64,000 bases of DNA from an uncultured delta proteobacterium (lineage in GTDB: Bacteria > Desulfobacterota > Desulfobacteria > Desulfobacterales > JAFDCJ01). Location: NCBI GenBank assembly GCA_963769935.1, contig CAVYNY010000022.1, forward strand, positions 64,001 through 128,000, written 5' to 3'. The position numbers were made by a program, and so were the translations under genes. Below the pieces are notes generated by a model. That model ran no database searches. It was given only the letters and a program-made list of their open reading frames with translations, and had not been told where the DNA came from. The stretch's first letter is position 1. The number at the start of each line of letters is the position of its first letter. Of this stretch, positions 51,533 through 59,644 are shown piece after piece.

Positions 51533-52449
51533 CAAATATGGTGCTTAAAGAAAAAATCATGGGCCCCGGCCATTTGGCCTGCGCCGGTTGCGGTGCCGCC
51601 ATCGCCATGCGCCACGCTTTGGAGGCTCTTGGGCCAAAGACCTATGTAGTGATGCCTGCGGGCTGCTGGTCCACCTTTATCGGCATATATCCCTATTCCT
51701 GCCTTAGTGTGCCGGTGATGTCCGTAGCATTTGCCACCACGGCCGCCACCGCATCGGGTTTGAAAGCAGGCCTGGACCGGACGGGACGCCGGGAAGAGAC
51801 CGTCTTGGCTTGGGCCGGAGACGGCGGCACATTTGACATAGGTATTCAAGCTTTGTCCGGAGCGGCTGAACGCAACGAGGATATCATCTTTGTCTGCTAT
51901 GACAACGAAGCCTACATGAACACCGGCATTCAGCGGTCTTCGGCCACCCCCATCGGCACTGTGACCACCACCTCCCCGGCTTCGGCACCCAAACCCCAGA
52001 AGAAAAAAGACATCGTGGCCATAATGGCGGCCCATGGTGTGCCTTATACGGCCACGGCCTCAATAGCCTACCCGAGTGATCTTATTGCCAAGCTGACCAA
52101 AGCCAAATCCATCAGAGGCACCAAGTTTCTGCATTTATACGCTTCCTGCCCCACCGGATGGCGGCATGCCCCGGAACTTTCGGTGGAGGTAGCCCGCATG
52201 GCGGTTAGAAGCCGGGTGTTTCCCCTTTATGAGGTTACCGACGGTGAGAATTGGCAGTTGAGCCCCATGCCGGAAAAAGAGCCCATAGATGCATATCTGA
52301 AAATTCAAGGCCGGTTCAAGGTCATGGGACCCAAGGCTGCGGCGGAGTTCCAAAACAATGTTGATAGAAGCTGGCAAAGTCTGATCCGTAAATGCCGTGA
52401 TGTCCCATACCCAAAAAAAGAGAAGTCTGGTGGTCATCCATCAGTCTGA
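51529..52449 (+). CDS. 2-oxoacid:ferredoxin oxidoreductase beta subunit (TPP)
   Basis: GHLACAGCG, GDGGTFDIG...DNEAYMNTG, CPTGW. Confidence 0.94.
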   Translation: MTNMVLKEKIMGPGHLACAGCGAAIAMRHALEALGPKTYVVMPAGCWSTFIGIYPYSCLSVPVMSVAFATTAATASGLKAGLDRTGRREETVLAWAGDGGTFDIGIQALSGAAERNEDIIFVCYDNEAYMNTGIQRSSATPIGTVTTTSPASAPKPQKKKDIVAIMAAHGVPYTATASIAYPSDLIAKLTKAKSIRGTKFLHLYASCPTGWRHAPELSVEVARMAVRSRVFPLYEVTDGENWQLSPMPEKEPIDAYLKIQGRFKVMGPKAAAEFQNNVDRSWQSLIRKCRDVPYPKKEKSGGHPSV

Positions 52450-52533
52450 AAAGCTTCTTACCCATAAGTTAACCAAAGGCAAAAAACCACAATAGTGTGA
52501 CATTAACCAGCAAAGGGAAAGGAGACGATTAAA

Positions 52534-53604
52534 ATGGCATTTAAAAAGATGATTCAGATCTTGGGCATTTTGGGATTGGCGGTCACCGCCGTTTTGATAA
52601 TCGGCATGCAGCCGGCAATTGCCGCCGATAAGGTCGTGAAAATGACCCTGGCCCACGCCGATGTGGCCGACCCCACCATGTATGTGCATGCGGGTGCGGT
52701 CGCTTTCAAAGCGTATGTTGAAAAGGAATCCAACGGAAAAATCCAGGTGAATATCAGCCCCGCTGCTGCCTTGGGAAATACCGCCTCTCTGCAGGAAATG
52801 ACCATGACAGGCGAGATCGAGGCCTCGACCTCCCATACCGAGGGCACCATCGCCATCGTGTATCCCAATATTCAGTGTCTCTCAATACCTTACCTCTTTC
52901 AGAACGTGGATCAGGCCCTGGAAGTCTTTCGCGGTGATTTTGGGAACAGACTATGGGAGGACATGCGCAAGCAGACCGGCCTTCGTGTGATCGGTATTTG
53001 GGATAATGGCGGCTTCCGCAACTTCACCAATAACAAGCGTGAGGTTCGTAATCCCAACGATATGAAAGGCCTCAGCATCCGCACTATGGACAACCCGGCC
53101 CACATGGAGATCGTGCGTTCTTTGGGTGCCAAGCCCACGCCCATCTCCTGGGCGGAGACATACACCGCCTTGCAAACCGGCGTGGTGGATGGCGAGGAAA
53201 ACTCCATTCCCACCTTCCTCCTGGGTTCCCTTCAAGAAGTGCAGAAGTACATGACTATGGACGGTCACGTTTACAGCCAGCTCCACTTGTTCGTCAACGA
53301 TAAATGGTTCAACGGTTTGCCCAAGGAGTACCAGGAGATCATCCTGCGCGGCGGCGAGGAGGCTGGGTATGCCGGCCAGCGCGCCTGCCGGGTGTATCGT
53401 GACATCGGTAGGGGTATCTGCGTCAAAGCGGGAGTGAAATTCTACGATCCCACCCCGGATGAACTCAATCAGTTCAAGGCGTTGGCCCAGCCTCCGGTTC
53501 TCAAGTTCATCCGCGAAAAGGGCGTTAAGGATCCCAAATGGGTGGATGAGATCATCGCGGAAGCTGACAAGGCTCTCTACACGTTAGGATACAAAAAGAA
53601 GTAA
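52534..53604 (+). CDS. dctP: TRAP transporter substrate-binding protein
   Basis: Signal peptide. GFRNFTN, GLSIRTM (conserved Arg), YTALQTGVVDGEEN. Confidence 0.93.
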   Translation: MAFKKMIQILGILGLAVTAVLIIGMQPAIAADKVVKMTLAHADVADPTMYVHAGAVAFKAYVEKESNGKIQVNISPAAALGNTASLQEMTMTGEIEASTSHTEGTIAIVYPNIQCLSIPYLFQNVDQALEVFRGDFGNRLWEDMRKQTGLRVIGIWDNGGFRNFTNNKREVRNPNDMKGLSIRTMDNPAHMEIVRSLGAKPTPISWAETYTALQTGVVDGEENSIPTFLLGSLQEVQKYMTMDGHVYSQLHLFVNDKWFNGLPKEYQEIILRGGEEAGYAGQRACRVYRDIGRGICVKAGVKFYDPTPDELNQFKALAQPPVLKFIREKGVKDPKWVDEIIAEADKALYTLGYKKK

Positions 53605-53620
53605 CTCAGTCCATTTCATT

Positions 53621-53659
53621 GGCTTGCCCGGCCTCTCACCTCGAGAGGCCGGGCAAGCC
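53621..53659 (+). terminator. Perfect 17-bp hairpin after dctP (partial terminator or mRNA stabiliser)
   Basis: GGCTTGCCCGGCCTCTC-ACCTC-GAGAGGCCGGGCAAGCC. No U-tract. Confidence 0.7.
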
Positions 53660-53759
53660 GTATGAATCACCGGTGCATAACACGGAATTTGATTAGGTTC
53701 GGTACCTCTGATATTTACGCTTTAATCGGTTAAGGCACTATTGAACATTGGGGGGTAGT

Positions 53760-54299
53760 ATGAATTTTCTCCGTACTGTCGAAAGGATGAGTGCGGTGGT
53801 GGATAAAATCGCCACGAATGCGGCCGTCGTCCTTTTTACCATCATGACTTTGATAGTCTGGGTCCAGATATTCTTCCGTTTCATTTTGGGTGGCGGTATT
53901 GCCTGGTCCGAGGAAATAGCAAAATACCTGATGGTCTGGATGGCTCTGCTGGGATCATCGGTGCTTCTTCGTGAAGGCGGGCACATTGCCATCAATTATT
54001 TCATTTCGAAATTTTCTTGTCTCCGTTACATTCTAATGTTTCACGCCATACTGTCCGCTGCTCTATTTGTTCTGCTGATCTACTATGGCATCGACTATGC
54101 TGCATTTGGATTTAAATCCATATCCCCCGCAAGCGGAATTAGTAAGTTTTGGCCATATCTGTCCATTCCGGTCGGTGCCGGTTTTTTGTTGATCCAAGCG
54201 TTTACCCGCTTTATTCATCTGCTTTTTATTGATGACAAGACAATCCGGGCAGAAGAGGAAGCTCGTGCCCGGCATGAATTACTCACGGTAGCAGAATGA
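53760..54299 (+). CDS. dctQ: TRAP transporter small permease
   Basis: QIFFRF, WSEEIAKYLMVW, GHIAI. Four TM helices. Confidence 0.92.
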   Translation: MNFLRTVERMSAVVDKIATNAAVVLFTIMTLIVWVQIFFRFILGGGIAWSEEIAKYLMVWMALLGSSVLLREGGHIAINYFISKFSCLRYILMFHAILSAALFVLLIYYGIDYAAFGFKSISPASGISKFWPYLSIPVGAGFLLIQAFTRFIHLLFIDDKTIRAEEEARARHELLTVAE

Positions 54300-54328
54300 T
54301 ATGCCCCTTTGGAGAGGAGTTTGTTTAA

Positions 54329-55612
54329 ATGCTTACCGTTAGTATGTTTGCTTTAATGATTTTCCTGCTATTGGCTGGATTGCCGGTGGCCATCGTGCTG
54401 GGGGTTGTTTCAACTGCCTGGGTGATGCTGGCCGGTAATTCCATCCAGATGATCGCCTCGCGCATGTATGCCGGTATAGACCTCTTTGTGCTCATGGCGA
54501 TTCCCTTTTTCATTCTGGCCGGTGAGATCATGAACCACTGCGGCATTACCGACCGCTTGATCAAGTTCGTGGATTTCGTCATCGGCCGGGTACGGGGAGG
54601 CTTGGCTCAGGCCTGCATATACGCCAGCATATTGTTCGCAGGTATCACCGGTGCGGCGGTCGCCGATGTGGCGGCATTGGGTTCGATTTTCATACCGGCC
54701 ATGGAAAAGCAGGGTTACACACGCAAGTTTTCAGCCATGGTCGTCGCTGCCAGTTCCATTATCGGGCCAATCATACCGCCCAGCATCATCGTGGTGATTT
54801 ATGGGTCGGTCACCGGGCTTTCGATAGGGACCCTCTTTGCGGCTTGCGTGATACCCGGTGTAATGGTGGGCTTGGGCATGAGCGCATATGTTGCGCTCGT
54901 TGCGAAAAGAAAAAATTTCCCCAAATCAGATGAGCCCTTTGAGGTGAAGGCTTTTTTGCTGTGTTTTAAAGACTCCATACTGGCCATCCTTATGCCTCTA
55001 ATCATCGTTGGCGGAATCTTCTCCGGATTATTCACCCCTACCGAGGCAGCAGCAGCTTCAGCGTTTTACGCCTTTTTTGTCGGAGTGGTTATTTACCGCA
55101 CCGTCACTCCCGGCATCATACTGAAATCAGTCGTCAACTCCGTGCGCACTTCGGCCATGCTCTTTTTCATCATCGGGTTTGCCAACATACTGGGCTGGAT
55201 CATCGCGAGAGAGCAAATACCTGAGACAATTGCCAATTTCCTGCTTTCTCTGAGCAGCAATCCCACGATCCTGCTGCTTCTGGTGGTGGTTTTTTTGCTC
55301 TTTCTGGGCACCTGGATGGAAATTACTGCCAGTTGTATCATCATCGCCCCAATCCTGTCACCTGTCATGGCGAAGGTGGGTCTTAATCCGGTGCACTTTG
55401 CGGTTGTCATGCTCGTGGTGCTCAACGTCGGGCTCATTACTCCGCCATTGGGCGTGGCGCTTTTCGCCGCAGTGGGAGTGGGAAAGGTGGGCTTTGAGGA
55501 GGTGTGCAGCGAGCTATGGCCTTTTTTGATTGTGGATGTATTGGTGATATCGCTGTTGGCCTTCATCCCGGAGCTTTCGCTTGCGATCCCCAGGGCGATT
55601 GGGTTCATTTAA
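54329..55612 (+). CDS. dctM: TRAP transporter large permease
   Basis: AIPFFILAGEIM, GPIIPPSI, FTPTEAAA, GLITPPLG. Confidence 0.95.
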   Translation: MLTVSMFALMIFLLLAGLPVAIVLGVVSTAWVMLAGNSIQMIASRMYAGIDLFVLMAIPFFILAGEIMNHCGITDRLIKFVDFVIGRVRGGLAQACIYASILFAGITGAAVADVAALGSIFIPAMEKQGYTRKFSAMVVAASSIIGPIIPPSIIVVIYGSVTGLSIGTLFAACVIPGVMVGLGMSAYVALVAKRKNFPKSDEPFEVKAFLLCFKDSILAILMPLIIVGGIFSGLFTPTEAAAASAFYAFFVGVVIYRTVTPGIILKSVVNSVRTSAMLFFIIGFANILGWIIAREQIPETIANFLLSLSSNPTILLLLVVVFLLFLGTWMEITASCIIIAPILSPVMAKVGLNPVHFAVVMLVVLNVGLITPPLGVALFAAVGVGKVGFEEVCSELWPFLIVDVLVISLLAFIPELSLAIPRAIGFI

Positions 55613-55769
55613 CCCCGTAGAAGATCGTTCTAACATGCTTTTAAAGGGGCGGGCGGCGAGTCCCAAAATGCTGCCGAGGACAATTGGTACAGGCAAATAG
55701 GTTTCCTTAGAGATGGTGTAACCGATCAATTGATCGTTTGGAAGTTCAAACTGAAAGGAGTTTCAAGCC

Positions 55770-56648
55770 ATGTTTTACCCAGTAGAAATACCCAAACCCA
55801 GTCCGGATAAAAAGCAGGCTACCGCGTTGGTGATACTGAATCCTGCCCAATCCCGCCGCCTGGTGGCGAAAGGCGCAGTGGCCAGCCCCATCTTTCAAAA
55901 CGCTTATAAGAATGGAATGATTATCATTGCCCGGGGAATCACTAACGCCTATGTGTGTGAGGAACTTTTTAATATCTCCATCGACAATAAGGCCAACCAG
56001 ACCGTGGGACTGGTCGCCCAGGGGGTAACCAATATTGCCAGCACTCCTCCTCCATGCACTTGGCACGTTGTCAATAGAGGTAAAGTCGTGGAGGGTGCTG
56101 ACTCCAATGTGGAGATTGGTAAATTCTTCAGGGGTGATGTTGTTGTTAAAGGGGCCAATGCCATAGACCATACAGGCCTGACCGGTACGTATGCCTCTTC
56201 ACTAAAGTGCGGCACCATGGGCGCGACCTGGCCTTACGTAACGACAAGAGGATGTGAATACATCGTTCCTGTGAGTTTGGAGAAGATGGTGCCTTGCGTG
56301 ATGACTGCTGCCCGGCACAGTGGGGTATATTATTTTGATAAATCCATGGGACTGCCCGCCAAGATTGTGCCTCTGGTGGAAGCCAAGGCCATAACAGAGA
56401 TAGAGGCACTTGCTATTTTGTGTGGTGTGAAAGCCTACCAGATAGGGGCCGGCGGAGTGGCCGGTTCTGAAGGGTCAGTACACCTGGCTATAGAAGGTGA
56501 TGAAGACAAGGTAAACCGAGCCTTCGATTTGTGCATATCTTTGAAAGATGAGCCTCCGGTGCGAATGCCTGATGCCTCGGTGATAAGTGATCCGGCCGCT
56601 TATCAATTTGACGCCCGAACTCAACTTGATAAGTTGGGTGGAATTTAA
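55770..56648 (+). CDS. Conserved hypothetical protein, probable NagB/RpiA/CoA-transferase-like fold
   Basis: AAGGAG RBS. IARGITNAY, DVVVKGANAID, IVPVSLEK, TEIEAL, GAGGVAGSEG. The fold call is inference. Confidence 0.75.
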   Translation: MFYPVEIPKPSPDKKQATALVILNPAQSRRLVAKGAVASPIFQNAYKNGMIIIARGITNAYVCEELFNISIDNKANQTVGLVAQGVTNIASTPPPCTWHVVNRGKVVEGADSNVEIGKFFRGDVVVKGANAIDHTGLTGTYASSLKCGTMGATWPYVTTRGCEYIVPVSLEKMVPCVMTAARHSGVYYFDKSMGLPAKIVPLVEAKAITEIEALAILCGVKAYQIGAGGVAGSEGSVHLAIEGDEDKVNRAFDLCISLKDEPPVRMPDASVISDPAAYQFDARTQLDKLGGI

Positions 56649-56808
56649 TTTACACCAACTGAGACACCTTGCCGCATCGATCCTCAAGGACAAAGCTGAT
56701 TTGAGCCTCGCTAAACTGCAGAGGTTCTTGCGGCACGAACACCGGAGAACCTCCGATATATGCGCGGGATACATTGAGACGGGGACAAAGAAACAGGCCG
56801 ATTACCTG
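56647..56808 (+). pseudogene. Tyrosine recombinase C-terminal remnant
   Basis: LHQLRHLAASIL...LQRFLRHEHRRTSDIC: HxxR and LxH boxes present. The expected catalytic Tyr codon reads TGC (56761-56763). Confidence 0.75.
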
Positions 56809-56839
56809 ACGATAAATGTAATAAATTGCAGTTATCTTT

Positions 56840-58237
56840 TCATAGGCCCGATTGAGGCTTGCCTTGTTTATTGCACATCATCGACGATGGCCAGCCGTGG
56901 TCGAAACAATAATAAAATTTTTGGAGTGGCAGGCGGAAATCCTCAACATCCTTGCGAACTGAATCGGGTTCCTCTCCGTCAATTAAAATTCTTTCAAAAA
57001 AGCTTGCGATCGTATCCATGTCGGTTTCCATCAACCCTAACCGGGTGATCTCGATGGTGCCAATCCGCAAACCGCCGGGGTGGTCCCAGTTTTCGGGTAA
57101 ATCGTCAGGGATGAGGTTTTTGTTGGTGATGATGCTCGCCTGAGCCAGCTTTTCTGCAACGGGCAAGCCTCCGCCGAACGTTCTGACGTCTGCGATAACT
57201 TGGTGGGTTTGGGTGTAGCCGCGTTTAGCGCCAAGAACTGGAAGCCCTCTCTGGTCCAAGGCCTTGGCGAGCGCCTTAGAATTTTTTACGATTTGAGCCA
57301 TATAGACATCCCCAAACTCCAGCATTTCAGCGGCTGATACGGCTAACGCGGCAACTCGATTGACCTGATGGGTTGCTACCAAAACAGGAAAAATCGCGTC
57401 CGTCAGAGGTTGGGTCAACTCCGGGTCATTCCACAGGATCATGCCGCTCTGCGGGCCGCTGAATGTTTTCCCAGCCGAGCCGGTTAGGACGGCAGCGCCT
57501 TCGTTGAGCGGATCTTGAAATTGTCTCCCGGCAATCAAACCCGCCTGATGCGCCCCGTCAAAGAAAAACCGCCCCCCCCATTCGGAAATAAGCTCGCTCA
57601 TTTCCCGCACCGGCAGCGGAAACAGCGTCATTGACATGCCCATCGCCACCAGCTTTGGCTTCTCACGACGCGCAATTTGGGCAAACGATGCAAGATCGAC
57701 ATCCAATTCGACCGGATCAAATGGAACATCCACAATTCTCAGGCCACGCATCCCGGCGGGACCATCAAGACGGTTGCTGGAATGCCCGCCAAAAGGCTGC
57801 GGAGCCGCTAATATAGTATCCCCCGGTTTGGTCAGAGCATGATAAACGGCCATGTTGCCTATCATGCTGCCCATTAAGCGGTGATCCGCATACCGACACC
57901 TAAAAGCACGCTTTAACAGTTCCACACACAGAGACTCGACTTCATCGATGTATTGAGTTCCCGCAAACCAGCGGTTTACCCGGCCGATGTGCCCCTCAGC
58001 CGCCCGGGTGCCGATTTCAGCCGAAAGCAGCTTCCGCACTGTTGGGCTTGTGGGAGCCTCGGGGGCCAGCAGGTTGATACACCGTTTTCCCCGCCAATCC
58101 TCGTTGCGTTGAACCGCCTTCAAAACTGCATCCGCCATTTTTTGCGGGGACGATTCTTTATTCAGGATAGATTGTGCCGTCTTTAAGATTTCGTAGTCAT
58201 GAACCTCAAAAACCTTACCATCGGATTCTGCAATCAT
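56840..58237 (-). CDS. Serine hydroxymethyltransferase-like PLP enzyme, atypical active site
   Basis: INLLAPE, AEG, GGHS, DGAH..GLIAG, GKTFSGPQSG (PLP Lys), TNKN, GLRIGT. Confidence 0.85.
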   Translation of the reverse strand: MIAESDGKVFEVHDYEILKTAQSILNKESSPQKMADAVLKAVQRNEDWRGKRCINLLAPEAPTSPTVRKLLSAEIGTRAAEGHIGRVNRWFAGTQYIDEVESLCVELLKRAFRCRYADHRLMGSMIGNMAVYHALTKPGDTILAAPQPFGGHSSNRLDGPAGMRGLRIVDVPFDPVELDVDLASFAQIARREKPKLVAMGMSMTLFPLPVREMSELISEWGGRFFFDGAHQAGLIAGRQFQDPLNEGAAVLTGSAGKTFSGPQSGMILWNDPELTQPLTDAIFPVLVATHQVNRVAALAVSAAEMLEFGDVYMAQIVKNSKALAKALDQRGLPVLGAKRGYTQTHQVIADVRTFGGGLPVAEKLAQASIITNKNLIPDDLPENWDHPGGLRIGTIEITRLGLMETDMDTIASFFERILIDGEEPDSVRKDVEDFRLPLQKFYYCFDHGWPSSMMCNKQGKPQSGL

Positions 58238-58926
58238 GATTTCACCTCATTTATGGCCTGGTTGTGATTACCTGAAAGAAAAGCTACTAAATGGCTGGAT
58301 GCCCGAGTCAGATGCTGCTGAAGGATCTTGACCGCACGATCTACATCTCTTTTTTGACAGGCTTGAAGTAGCTTTTTGTGCTCAGCCTGTGATGCGTCCC
58401 TGGCAGACAACCCCCCCAGGTAGATCAGCAGATATCGCGCAACGTTATTGTGCAGCACCTCTATCGCGCCCAGAAGCCGTGGCAATTGGGCTGCCTGATA
58501 CAGGGTAGCATGGAACTCCCAATTAAGCTCACTCCATTGAGAGCTATCATCTTCGACCTCGCTGATGTCCAAGACACTCGCAGCCCGAATCATATCTGCG
58601 CTCCGCAGCTTGGGTATAGCCCTTTCAAGCGCTTTGGTCTCCAAGGCCATACGCATTATATAAATTTCCTCGACCTCGGCCGGTGACAATTCGGAAACAA
58701 CAAAACCGCGATTGGGAACAAATACAATCAGGCCCTCGGCCCTGAGTTGCACCATGGCCTCGCGCACAGGAATCTTGCTGACGCCAAACTGTTCAGCAAT
58801 CTGATCTTGCCGCAAGGGCTGGTTGGATTTTAAACGGCCCTGCAAAATGGCACTGCGCATGGCAGAGGCTATTAGCTCCGGGGTGTTGCCGGGGTTTTTG
58901 ATCAGGATGGAAAGCGATTTTGACAT
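58234..58926 (-). CDS. GntR-family regulator (FCD)
   Basis: LRQDQIAEQFGVSKIPVREA, NWEFHATL, EHKKLL, QHL. Start placed at ATG 58926. Confidence 0.92.
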   Translation of the reverse strand: MSKSLSILIKNPGNTPELIASAMRSAILQGRLKSNQPLRQDQIAEQFGVSKIPVREAMVQLRAEGLIVFVPNRGFVVSELSPAEVEEIYIMRMALETKALERAIPKLRSADMIRAASVLDISEVEDDSSQWSELNWEFHATLYQAAQLPRLLGAIEVLHNNVARYLLIYLGGLSARDASQAEHKKLLQACQKRDVDRAVKILQQHLTRASSHLVAFLSGNHNQAINEVKS

Positions 58927-58932
58927 AGGGAT

Positions 58933-58961
58933 AATGTATAATCGTATACGATTTATGTCAA
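58933..58961 (-). promoter_or_regulatory. sigma70 promoter with a palindromic operator in the spacer
   Basis: TTGACA (58961-58956), 17 bp, TACATT (58938-58933). Perfect palindrome AATCGTATACGATT at 58940-58953. Confidence 0.75.
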
Positions 58962-59090
58962 TATTTTTTTGGGAGAATCGAAGGCAAACTTGGGTTAATT
59001 TGGTTCCGCGCCTGAAATCAGAAAAATACCAGACTGTCGGTCTGAATACATTTGTAGTTAGAAAATTATCAGATCGATGGAGGTGTACCA

Positions 59091-59340
59091 ATGCGTCCGA
59101 TTGCTTCAGAACAGGACCCAATAAAATACCCGCTGAATGAGCTTGTTGGCACGCGAGCCCATGTAAGACTGCTCAGAGTTATGGCCAATGAGGTCGAAGG
59201 CCCTCTTACGGCCGCGGATGTTGCCAAACGTGCAGGGCTGACGGTACCCGGGGCTCAAAAAGCGCTCGGAAAGCTCCTGAGATCAGGATTTGTTACACGG
59301 GTGGGCGGCGGTCGAAAACAACAGTTTGAAATCCGAGTGG
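59091..59340 (+). pseudogene. Winged-HTH protein N-terminal fragment (possibly HTH-nucleotidyltransferase)
   Basis: GGAGG RBS. PLNELVGTRAHVRLLRVM...LTAADVAKRAGLTVPGAQKALGKLLRSGFV. Ends at the start of the RAYT remnant region. Confidence 0.6.
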
Positions 59341-59388
59341 GAAAATGGGGACGCCCATAAAATTGTAAGTTTCCAAATCAAGGGTTCT

Positions 59389-59632
59389 ATGATAAAAGGG
59401 AAAGCTCGCATCGATGCCCCTGGGGGTTTGCATCATATTATTGTTCGCGGAATCGAGCGCCGGCGGATATTCTCAGATGATCAGGACCGGGAAAATTTTA
59501 TTGAACGTCTGGGCGATATTCTCACTGAGTCGCAAACCGTATGTTTAGCTTGGGCGCTGATTCCCAATCACCCATATTTTAGTGCGGGCCGGTCAAACGC
59601 CCCTGGCCACGGTTATGAGGCGTCTGCTCACC
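59389..59632 (+). pseudogene. REP-associated tyrosine (Y1/HUH) transposase N-terminal remnant
   Basis: KARIDAPGGLHHIIVRGIERRRIFSDDQDR...AWALIPNH, a frameshift in the HUH motif, then HILVRAGQTPLATVMRRLLT. Truncated. Confidence 0.85.
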
Positions 59633-59644
59633 CGAGGAACTATA

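Noticed and set aside
3076..57842. Numerous antisense and alternate-frame ORFs of 60-300 aa
   Set aside because: They are shadows of well-supported genes in GC-rich coding DNA, with no motifs or RBS.
58927..59121. N-terminal extension of GntR in the ORF track
   Set aside because: It spans the promoter/operator and overlaps the divergent gene. The domain begins after ATG 58926.
59582..59644. RAYT-KamA fusion protein
   Set aside because: These codons are the frameshifted tail of the transposase remnant that happens to be in frame. ATG 59645 is the more plausible start.
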